NCBI GenBank assembly: GCA_001742785.1
Contig: MCBF01000001.1
Span: forward strand, 306,966 to 322,034
DNA length: 15,069 bases
From: Candidatus Altiarchaeales archaeon IMC4
GTDB lineage: Archaea; Altiarchaeota; Altiarchaeia; IMC4
Direction: 5' to 3'
Below, one piece after another: positions 6,408 through 13,826 of the stretch. The number at the start of each line of letters is the position of its first letter. Positions within the stretch are counted from its first letter, which is position 1. A program made the translations under genes and the position numbers. Below the pieces are notes generated by a model. That model did not search any database. It worked only from the letters and a program-made list of their open reading frames with translations, and had not been told where the DNA came from.

Positions 6408-8278
6408 TTGTCAACCTCCCCCATGACAGTATCAAGGCTGCCGCAAGTGATAAGGAAGTCCTGGAACTTAAGTCCAGGCGCAAGGTGCGGGATCACCGAT
6501 ATGTTTGAAAACGTGGGCGAGCGTATCCTTATCCTGTAGGGGTTCTTCATCCCGTCGCTTATTACGTAGAATCCGAGTTCGCCGCGCGGGGTTTCAACCG
6601 AATTATAAACAGACCCCGGCGGCGGCGTTATCATCCTCGGGACCTTTGCAGATATCTCACCCTGTGGAATCCCGTCAAGTGCCTGCCGGAGTATCTTTGT
6701 GCTTTGCCGCATCTCGGCCATCCTTACTTGGTAGCGAGCGTAGGCGTCGCCCTCCTTTCTTGTCGGTATCTCGAATTTGAATTTGTCGTAAATCGAATAC
6801 GGGTGGTTTTTCCTCACGTCGTACTCAACGCCGGAGCCCCTGATGACCGGCCCGGTCGCCCCGAGTTCCATCGCATCCTTCTTTTTGAGGACCCCGACAC
6901 CCTGCGTCCTCGCCTTGAGTATCTCGTTGCCCGTGAGCAGTTCCTCGTATTCGTCTATGCGCTCGGGCAGGACTTCAACGAGGTCGGCGGTCTTGGCCAC
7001 AAGGCTCTCATCCATGTCGCCGGTTACCCTGCCGACGCAGAAGTAATTGAACATCATGCGCGCGCCGCACATGTCCTCGAAGATTCTCACGATTTCCTCC
7101 CTGTCGCGCAGCCCGTAGAAAGCAGGCGTTATCGCGCCGATGTCGAATCCGAAGGCGGTAAGCCATGTCTGGTGGCTTGCGATCCTGTTCAGCTCCATCG
7201 CGATGACCCTCAGGTACTGCGCCCTTTCAGGGGCATTGATTCCCATGAGTTTCTCCACCGCGCCGATATAGCCCGCCTCGTTCATCATGGCGGAAACGTA
7301 ATCAAGGCGGTCGACGTAAGGCACGAACTGCGTATAGCTCATGTTCTCGGCAATTTTTTCAATCCCCCGGTGCAGGTATCCCAAAACCGGATATGCCGCA
7401 TGGACAATCTCTTCGCTTGCGAGTATCCGTACCCTTAAGACTCCGTGCATGCTCGGGTGCTGGGGGCCGATGTTCATGTGCATGAGGGTTTCACCTGACG
7501 CCAGTTCGTATGGTTCAAGGGCGTTTTTGTCAAGCGCCATTTCCTTGTCCTCGTCAAAATCCTGCTCCTTATCGAGCGGATACCCCTTTCTTAGCGGGTG
7601 CCCTTCGAATGTCGATGGGTTGAAGAGCCGGCGCAGGTTCGGGTGGCCCTTGAATTTTATGCCTAACATGTCGTAGGTTTCCCGCTCGTGCCAGTCCGCT
7701 GCCTTGTAAACCGAGGTTACGGAGTCGATTTCCAATTCCCCGATGTCTGCGGCAGCATCGGCGTTTTTCTTATCCTTTGCAGGCGGCACCAGCAAGCCGA
7801 AAATCTCAAGAATCCGAACCTTTTTCGGGCACTTGTCATGGCAGACGCCGCATTTTGCGCACGCCCCGATAGGCTTTACATCGATGTCTTTTTTTGTCTT
7901 CAGCCCGAAGATTACCGATTTTACGTCTATGCCCTGCGGGCACTGCTTTGTGCAGATGTTGCAGCCCACGCATTCTTTTGAAAGTTCTGCTACATCGGGG
8001 TTGATTTCCGGCGTTTCCTTTCCCGCCGGAGCGGATTTTACAGCGGCAGGAATCCTTGCCTTTATCTCAAGTTGCTCGTTTTTGTCGTATGAATAAACGT
8101 GATAAACCACCTCGAAATTCCCGGACCTGGCCGCGTTGTCTACCCCGGTTACGGCAGTCAGCCTGGTGTAGCCTTTGGCGTAAAGGTGTTTGCAGACATC
8201 GACTATGGACTCCGGCTTCACAACAATCGAGCCGTTTTCCGCATTTGCGCCGAATTTCTTTTCGAGTTCTTTTAGCAT
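6404..8278 (-). CDS. nuoCD: Fused NuoC/NuoD subunit with a 2x[4Fe-4S] ferredoxin module inserted in the NuoC part
   Basis: NuoC motifs LTAVTGVD, FEVVYHVYS, ADWHERETYDMLGIKFKGHPNLRR and GHPLRK. NuoD motifs NIGPQHPSMHGVLR, GYLHRGIEK, DRLDY, ELNRIASH, ETPRGELG and GSLDTVMGEVDK. No [NiFe]-binding CxxC pairs. Start set to ATG 8278 (5 nt after the nuoB stop, 624 aa); the track start at 8470 overlaps nuoB. Confidence 0.93.
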   Translation of the reverse strand: MLKELEKKFGANAENGSIVVKPESIVDVCKHLYAKGYTRLTAVTGVDNAARSGNFEVVYHVYSYDKNEQLEIKARIPAAVKSAPAGKETPEINPDVAELSKECVGCNICTKQCPQGIDVKSVIFGLKTKKDIDVKPIGACAKCGVCHDKCPKKVRILEIFGLLVPPAKDKKNADAAADIGELEIDSVTSVYKAADWHERETYDMLGIKFKGHPNLRRLFNPSTFEGHPLRKGYPLDKEQDFDEDKEMALDKNALEPYELASGETLMHMNIGPQHPSMHGVLRVRILASEEIVHAAYPVLGYLHRGIEKIAENMSYTQFVPYVDRLDYVSAMMNEAGYIGAVEKLMGINAPERAQYLRVIAMELNRIASHQTWLTAFGFDIGAITPAFYGLRDREEIVRIFEDMCGARMMFNYFCVGRVTGDMDESLVAKTADLVEVLPERIDEYEELLTGNEILKARTQGVGVLKKKDAMELGATGPVIRGSGVEYDVRKNHPYSIYDKFKFEIPTRKEGDAYARYQVRMAEMRQSTKILRQALDGIPQGEISAKVPRMITPPPGSVYNSVETPRGELGFYVISDGMKNPYRIRIRSPTFSNISVIPHLAPGLKFQDFLITCGSLDTVMGEVDK

Positions 8279-8283
8279 CTTTT

Positions 8284-8784
8284 TTAACCAAGTAATTTTT
8301 CTGACAACAAACGTTCTTCGCTTATCTTTTTTCTGAGTTTCACAATTCCGTCGATGAGCGCCTCTGGCCTCGGCGGGCAGCCAGGGATGTAAACGTCGAC
8401 GGGTATTATCTTGTCGACCCCCTTCAGCACAGAGTAGGACATGCTGAACGGCCCGCCGGATATTGCGCAAGCGCCCATCGCTATCACGTATTTCGGCTCG
8501 GGCATCTGGTCGTACAATCTTTTCACCCTCGGCGCCATCTTATGAGTTATCGTTCCCGCGACAATCATCAAATCCGCCTGCCTAGGAGAAACGCGGGCAA
8601 CCTCCATACCGTACCTTGCAAGCCCGTCATACTGCGGGGCGGCGCCCGCCATCATCATCTCGATTGCGCAGCAAGCGGTCCCGAATTCAAGGGGCCACAT
8701 TGAAGAAAGCCGACCCCAGCTTAGAACCTTGTCTATTGTCGTGAACAAAACCGAATCCTTTAGTTTTTGCTTTAGTTGATTCAT
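8284..8784 (-). CDS. nuoB: NuoB-like subunit binding cluster N2
   Basis: Motifs [14 protein letters not shown] (tandem Cys), [34 protein letters not shown] and [14 protein letters not shown]. Start set to ATG 8784, which follows the SD-like GGGGGTG. Confidence 0.96.
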   Translation of the reverse strand: MNQLKQKLKDSVLFTTIDKVLSWGRLSSMWPLEFGTACCAIEMMMAGAAPQYDGLARYGMEVARVSPRQADLMIVAGTITHKMAPRVKRLYDQMPEPKYVIAMGACAISGGPFSMSYSVLKGVDKIIPVDVYIPGCPPRPEALIDGIVKLRKKISEERLLSEKLLG

Positions 8785-8786
8785 CG

Positions 8787-9788
8787 TCAGGCACCCCCAC
8801 ATTTTACGGCCCCATGCACCTTAAGTTTCTTCTCAATCTCCTTTTCACTCGGCAGTTTCGTTTTGTATTCTGCCACGAAGATGTCATCCTTATCCTTTCC
8901 GGCGCTGTAATACGCGTCAATCCGGTCATGGCTTTTGCAGATGATTAAGGCAACCGGGTCTCTATCACCTTCTACCTTCTTTTCTCTGAAGTAGGTCAGG
9001 TATTTTGTAACCTGTTCTATATCGCCGTGCATTAATGCCCTTGCTTTAAGCTCTACGAGAACATGGCATTTCAACAGGATGTGATAGAATAGCATGTCAA
9101 TCTTATGCCAATTGTTGCTTATAAGGATTTTCTGCTGCCTCCCCATAAATGCAAATCCGTGCCCGAACTCCAAAAGGACATTCTGGACGTTATCTAATAA
9201 AGCGTCCTCTAATTCTTTTTCTGTATGTTGTTCTTCTAAGGAAATAAAGCCCCAATCATAACTTTCCTTAAATACATCTTCAGGGGAGGGTAATTGTGCG
9301 GGTAGCGTAATTGTGATTTCCCCTTTTTTACTTGCTTTCTCGTACTCTTTGCCATTTATCCTATTTTTTAGTTCCCTGACGCTCCAGCTTTCCTTCACTG
9401 ACAGTGTTTCATAAAATCTTCTTTGGTCATTGTTCTTGATATCCGTTAGCACTATGTAATGGGACCAAGTCAATTCTGACAACACTGTTGTCAAAATTGG
9501 ATACGTTTTATAGAATCTCAGAACCCTATACAATGTTCTTTCATTGATTTTTAGATCAACTGATAACCTATTAACAACTTCCTCCCCATAACCCGCTCTC
9601 TTTTGATTTATTTCTTCCCTGACAACCCTCTCCCCAATCTGCCAATATGTTTGAACCCTCAGATTGTCTACTGCCTTATATGCCCGATATGTTGCCCTCT
9701 CTAAAATGTTGCGAACATCGTGCAGGAGTTCGTTGTAGCCGTCAAGTTCTTTTCCTGCTTTAACTAATGTGGATTTTTTTGTCGTCAT
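8787..9788 (-). CDS. yhcG: YhcG/DUF1016 family protein with PD-(D/E)XK nuclease-like domain, copy C
   Basis: Motifs [66 protein letters not shown] and QVTKY. Confidence 0.92.
   Translation of the reverse strand: MTTKKSTLVKAGKELDGYNELLHDVRNILERATYRAYKAVDNLRVQTYWQIGERVVREEINQKRAGYGEEVVNRLSVDLKINERTLYRVLRFYKTYPILTTVLSELTWSHYIVLTDIKNNDQRRFYETLSVKESWSVRELKNRINGKEYEKASKKGEITITLPAQLPSPEDVFKESYDWGFISLEEQHTEKELEDALLDNVQNVLLEFGHGFAFMGRQQKILISNNWHKIDMLFYHILLKCHVLVELKARALMHGDIEQVTKYLTYFREKKVEGDRDPVALIICKSHDRIDAYYSAGKDKDDIFVAEYKTKLPSEKEIEKKLKVHGAVKCGGA
9471..9499. repeat. Intragenic palindrome in YhcG copy C
   Basis: caattctgacaaca-c-tgttgtcaaaattg. 14-bp arms with one mismatch around a 1-nt centre. Encodes ILTTVLSEL. 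Confidence 0.92.
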
Positions 9789-9801
9789 TTAAACACCATA
9801 A

Positions 9802-9829
9802 TTTTAAATTTTGCACTTTGCAATTTACA
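9802..9829 (-). repeat. Degenerate 7-nt tandem repeat at the nuoA/YhcG junction
   Basis: Minus strand reads TGTAAAT TGCAAAG TGCAAAA TTTAAAA, beginning in the last nuoA codons and running into the spacer. Confidence 0.55.
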
Positions 9830-10211
9830 TCTCCTGCCATTCCAGCACCCCTCTTTTCCACGCGTAAACCAGCCCGATGAGCAGTATCCCGACGAACATA
9901 AAGACCTCTGCGAATATGATTGTACCAAGACCTAAAACACCATCAAATTCTTTAAAGGAAACCGCCCAAGGGAAAAGCATGACCGCCTCGACATCGAAGA
10001 TTATGAAAACCAGCGCATAAAGGTAGTATTGCACCCCGATTTTTACGCCGGTTGAACCAATTGTCCGCTCCCCACACTCATAGGTTTCGTACTTGTTGGG
10101 GTTAGGTGCGTGCGGCCGCACAATCCTTGCAACGACCTCTATCGTAACTATGATAAGGGCTATGGCAACGGCAGCCAAAACCAAAACCTGTAGGTAATCC
10201 GGAGCGACCAT
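9825..10211 (-). CDS. nuoA: NADH-quinone oxidoreductase-like subunit A
   Basis: Motifs KYETYECGE, YYLYALVFIIFDVEAVMLFPWAV and GLVYAWKRGVLEW. Confidence 0.96.
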   Translation of the reverse strand: MVAPDYLQVLVLAAVAIALIIVTIEVVARIVRPHAPNPNKYETYECGERTIGSTGVKIGVQYYLYALVFIIFDVEAVMLFPWAVSFKEFDGVLGLGTIIFAEVFMFVGILLIGLVYAWKRGVLEWQEM

Positions 10212-10294
10212 TTTGGTTATTGTAATGATTGATTATTAATAATAGTATTCAGACGTATAAAAACCCACAAAATAAAATTATACTTTACATTACG
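10212..10294. promoter_or_regulatory. Short divergent promoter region with a TATA-like element and an AT palindrome
   Basis: 83-bp AT-rich spacer between divergent genes. TATAAAAA at 10256-10263 (TTTTTATA on the minus strand). Perfect palindrome attattaataat at 10232-10243. Confidence 0.45.
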
Positions 10295-11983
10295 ATGAAA
10301 ATTAAATTGTTAGTTGCATTGCCATTGATTTTGCTATTGCTTGTAACTCAATCTTTATCGGCATCAGAATCTGAAGACTATCTGATCCATGATGAGTCAT
10401 GCAAGAACACATCAATTTATTTTTTCTACGGGGAAGGGTGCCCCCACTGCATAGCGATCGAACCGATTGTAAAGGCAACATCTGCGCAATGCGAAATCTC
10501 ATTTAAAAGTTATGAGGTGTACCATAATGAAACAAACCGCCAGCTTTTAACGGATTTTGCAAAGAGATATTGTATAAACGCAACCCGGGTGCCGGCAATC
10601 TTTGTCGGGGATTCTGCGTTAATCGGGGATGAACAAATTACAAAAAATTTATACGACAAAATCATATCTGCAAAAGAGAATAATATGGATGCGCTGCATT
10701 ACAGCAAAAACTGTACAACCACCCCGCCACCACCCCCGCCACTTCCGACAATTGCAACCGTAATCGGCGCCGCCCTTGTAGATTCGATTAACCCATGCGC
10801 AATCGGGGTCTTGATAATTTTCATTACGTTTATGACCTCTTCGATGAAACTTTCAAGAAGAAGAATCGCTATTTACGGGGCGATATATATTACCGCGGTC
10901 TATCTTGCCTATTTTCTTGCGGGGGTCGGAATATTAAAGTTTTTCCATAGTTTTGAATCAATGATATTCGTTCAAATCTTGGTTGTTATAATCCTGCTCG
11001 TTGGAATTTTGCTCTCTTTTAGGGACACCTATCTAACATTAACAAAAAAAGGCAAACCATTGCTTGCGATCCCAGCATCGGCAAAAGGAACGATCGAAAG
11101 ATACATAAAGAAGGGCACGGTTTTAGGGGTAATTGCGTTAGGAGTACTGGTTGCGATGGTGGAACTTCCCTGCACGGGGCAGGTCTATCTGGGGATCTTA
11201 ACCGTTTTGAATACGATTGATTTTAATTATGGAATCTTGCTACTGTCGTTATATAATTTCATCTTCGTCCTCCCCCTCATCCTTATTTTGATATTTGGAT
11301 TATTCGGAAGAACATTATCCGAATTTTCTGAGAAGAAACAAGAAGAATCATGGCTTATGCGGTATCTTGCAGGGTGGGTGATGATATTCCTCACAGCGAT
11401 CCTTATGGACGAAATTTTTAAATTCTTCGGATACACGGGGGTAGCAGTCCCAGACTTGTTAAAACTAACTTACGAAGGGTTTTTTATCTTTGCAGTTGCC
11501 TCGATAGTCTCATTGTTCGTAATCTTCTCACTTTTGCGGCCAATCGTTAAAAAAAGGATAAATATATGGTATTGTTCGTACTGCTATGCATCTGCCATAA
11601 CGTGGATCTTTTTATCTGGTCTTTACCTGCTGGGTGTGGACGTTCCAAAAATCTTGATTGCAGGACTACTGGGGATGTCGCTTGCAGGGATATGGGAGGA
11701 ATTCAAGAAATTTAATTTCAAGTATTTCGGGGTGTTTACAATATTTTCTGCGGTTTTCGGGATAATCCTGCTTTATGTCCTGTCGGCAGGCCAAAGATTC
11801 GAGTTCCTGCTTTTGGTTTTGCCCATATTCGTGCTGGACGGAATCATTTTCCTGAAAAATTTTGAAATCATGCTGACATCGGCCGGTGACAAAGGAAGCG
11901 CCGGAAAAGGGGCAAAGAGGTGGCAGGTGCCAAAAGAAGAAAAGAAAGGTTTAAGGGAAATGCTCGACCACTGCTGCGACTGA
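10295..11983 (+). CDS. Membrane protein: exported thioredoxin/glutaredoxin-like CxxC domain fused to a CcdA/DsbD-like transmembrane domain, plus a Cys-containing C-terminal membrane domain
   Basis: Signal-peptide-like MKIKLLVALPLILLLL (ATG 10295 preferred to TTG 10229). FFYGEGCPHC...VPAIFVG indicates a Trx fold. Pro-rich linker. DSINPCAI and VELPCTG are the CcdA-type Cys pair. C-terminal region has WYCSYC and ends in HCCD. Confidence 0.8.
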   Translation: MKIKLLVALPLILLLLVTQSLSASESEDYLIHDESCKNTSIYFFYGEGCPHCIAIEPIVKATSAQCEISFKSYEVYHNETNRQLLTDFAKRYCINATRVPAIFVGDSALIGDEQITKNLYDKIISAKENNMDALHYSKNCTTTPPPPPPLPTIATVIGAALVDSINPCAIGVLIIFITFMTSSMKLSRRRIAIYGAIYITAVYLAYFLAGVGILKFFHSFESMIFVQILVVIILLVGILLSFRDTYLTLTKKGKPLLAIPASAKGTIERYIKKGTVLGVIALGVLVAMVELPCTGQVYLGILTVLNTIDFNYGILLLSLYNFIFVLPLILILIFGLFGRTLSEFSEKKQEESWLMRYLAGWVMIFLTAILMDEIFKFFGYTGVAVPDLLKLTYEGFFIFAVASIVSLFVIFSLLRPIVKKRINIWYCSYCYASAITWIFLSGLYLLGVDVPKILIAGLLGMSLAGIWEEFKKFNFKYFGVFTIFSAVFGIILLYVLSAGQRFEFLLLVLPIFVLDGIIFLKNFEIMLTSAGDKGSAGKGAKRWQVPKEEKKGLREMLDHCCD

Positions 11984-12012
11984 TTAAAAAAATCAAGTAA
12001 TGTGGTTGCTTG

Positions 12013-12032
12013 TTTATAAAGGAGTTTATAAT
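12013..12032 (+). promoter_or_regulatory. TATA-like elements upstream of the Fe-S protein gene
   Basis: TTTATAAA (12013-12020) and TTTATAAT (12025-12032), about 20-40 nt upstream of ATG 12054. Confidence 0.4.
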
Positions 12033-12053
12033 AATTAATAATGATAAATTAAG

Positions 12054-13406
12054 ATGGAACCCCAGATGCAGAAATTCGTATCTGCCCTTGAAAGGGAACT
12101 AACTGCCGAAGACATAGACACTCACCTTGAGGGCTGCATAGGCTGCGGCAACTGCGGGCATGCATGCAACTGGTATATGTCAACAGACGATCCTGATCTT
12201 CACCCGAAAACAAGGGCAGATATCATCAGAAAAATTTACAAGTATTACCTTTCACCGGCAGGGAAATTGCTTGGTAACTTAAACTTTAAAGAAAAACCAA
12301 CAATAGAAGATCTTGAGAGATTAAGTGATTTGTCCTGGAAATGCACGATGTGCGGGAGATGTGCACTTGCATGTATGCAGGGAGTCAGCAACAGGCGGCT
12401 TATTTGGATCGGAAGGTCTGCATTAAGCGCGGCAGGAATCGGACCAAAACCAATTCACGTATTAAAAGAAAATTCAAGAATATACGGCCACACAGCAGCA
12501 TGCGATTATGAAAACTCAACAGGTAAAATCGTCGAGTACTCGAAAAAAGAAGGTCTTGAAGTACCGATTGATGTCGAAGGTGCAGATTACCTATGGGTCT
12601 GTTCTGCTCTCGGAAACACAAAAATCGTTGATAAATCGCCTGCGGTTGTGAAATTGTTGAACTACCTCGGAGTAAAATACACAATAAGTTCAAAGATAAT
12701 AGACACAGGACTTGAAGTACAGCAGACAGCGTGCGATAGAAACCTTGGGCTGCAGTTGATAAAAGCGGTTGAGGATGAGGCAAAAAGACTTAAAGCCAAA
12801 GCGATACTTATACCTGAATGTCCCTGTGATATGCGAACATACTTTGTCGAGGCAGAAAGATGGCTTGGACGGCCGCTTGATGTTGAAGTCGATCAGATAG
12901 ATCTTCTGGTTTTAGACTACGCAAAACAGGGCAAACTACCTCTTGAAAAATTGGATAAGAAGGTTACCCTGCACGACCCCTGCTGGAGTGCACGGCTTAC
13001 GGGATATGTCGAGGAACCAAGAGAATTATTAAAGATGTGTGTAACGGATTTTGTTGAGATGACGCCAAATAGGGAATACAACTACTGCTGTAACGGGGGG
13101 GCAGGGACAATGAAGTTGTATCCCATTGACGAAGAAATAACGAACAGGAGTTTAAGGCGAAAGGTGTCGGAAATCAAATATAAACAGATCGAAGCAGCAA
13201 ACGCCGAGATGGTTGCGATACCATGTGCCGCGTGTTTCCTTTCGATAAGGGACACACTAAGACATTACGAGTCAGATATAAAGCCAGAGGTTCTGATAGA
13301 TATTGTTTCGCAGTCAATGGAGGCGGCGCTTAAAAAACTGGGAAAAGAAGAGACAGATAAAATGAAACTGCCGTGGAATATGAAAAAAGGATTGAAAAAT
13401 AAATGA
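12054..13406 (+). CDS. HdrD/DsrK/GlpC-like Fe-S protein (2x[4Fe-4S] plus CCG domains)
   Basis: CIGCGNCGHAC and CTMCGRCALAC. The first CCG region is degenerate (ECPC). The second CCG domain is complete: HDPC...YCCNGGAG...PCAAC. Confidence 0.88.
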   Translation: MEPQMQKFVSALERELTAEDIDTHLEGCIGCGNCGHACNWYMSTDDPDLHPKTRADIIRKIYKYYLSPAGKLLGNLNFKEKPTIEDLERLSDLSWKCTMCGRCALACMQGVSNRRLIWIGRSALSAAGIGPKPIHVLKENSRIYGHTAACDYENSTGKIVEYSKKEGLEVPIDVEGADYLWVCSALGNTKIVDKSPAVVKLLNYLGVKYTISSKIIDTGLEVQQTACDRNLGLQLIKAVEDEAKRLKAKAILIPECPCDMRTYFVEAERWLGRPLDVEVDQIDLLVLDYAKQGKLPLEKLDKKVTLHDPCWSARLTGYVEEPRELLKMCVTDFVEMTPNREYNYCCNGGAGTMKLYPIDEEITNRSLRRKVSEIKYKQIEAANAEMVAIPCAACFLSIRDTLRHYESDIKPEVLIDIVSQSMEAALKKLGKEETDKMKLPWNMKKGLKNK

Positions 13407-13801
13407 AAAATGTAGAAATATTTAACGCAAAAACGGACAAATCGGCAAAGGACTTTATTGATTGCCTTAAGGTCTCGGCAAAACAATCGGGATTCATTGT
13501 AAGAGATATCCATGATATGGGGCACATATTTAGTGAAAACGGTATTGCAGTCAGCGATGATTTTAATTATTATATGATTCAGATATGCAACCCGGAAAAA
13601 GCATATAAAAGTTTATCGGACAATCCTGAAAGAGGTGTCTTGATTCCAAAGTTCGTAATGGTCTTTGAAGACGCAAAAAACAAAACAACGGAAATCAGGT
13701 TTTTAAATTACAATGCGGATTTTGTAAAATCATTGTTTGAGAAGGATGCGGCTTTCCAGAAAAGCCCTCCCGAATCATGCAAAACGATAACAAAAATATA
13801 A
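13403..13801 (+). CDS. DUF302 domain protein
   Basis: GFIVRDIHDM...Y.MIQICNP..A...L..NP..G..IP..VMVFE pattern. ATGA overlap with the upstream gene. Confidence 0.75.
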   Translation: MKNVEIFNAKTDKSAKDFIDCLKVSAKQSGFIVRDIHDMGHIFSENGIAVSDDFNYYMIQICNPEKAYKSLSDNPERGVLIPKFVMVFEDAKNKTTEIRFLNYNADFVKSLFEKDAAFQKSPPESCKTITKI

Positions 13802-13826
13802 TCAATAAATTAAAATTAAGAATAAA

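Noticed and set aside
6704..7438. 244-aa plus-strand ORF and the other plus-strand ORFs between 738 and 8295
   Set aside because: Antisense to well-supported nuo, CBS or YhcG genes and without recognisable motifs. Long shadows are expected in GC3-rich coding DNA.
6404..8278. Membrane-bound [NiFe] hydrogenase large subunit
   Set aside because: Both CxxC nickel-binding motifs are absent.
8279..8470. 64-aa N-terminal extension of NuoCD in the ORF track
   Set aside because: Overlaps nuoB in another frame. ATG 8278 just after the nuoB stop gives a normal NuoC start. The same reasoning applies to the track starts at 2011, 8802 and 10229.
5293..8805. 13/14 match cacacccacatttt (5293-5306) versus cacccccacatttt (8792-8805) near two insert junctions
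   Set aside because: Short, partly explained by a G-rich SD-like sequence, and at opposite ends of the respective inserts. Not distinguishable from chance.
2243..9788. YhcG copies as IS elements or a prophage remnant together with Bro-N
   Set aside because: No transposase, integrase, terminal inverted repeats, target-site duplications or phage structural genes are visible in the window.
10715..10750. C-rich quasi-repeat acaaccaccccgccaccacccccgcca
   Set aside because: Simply encodes the TTTPPPPPP interdomain linker.
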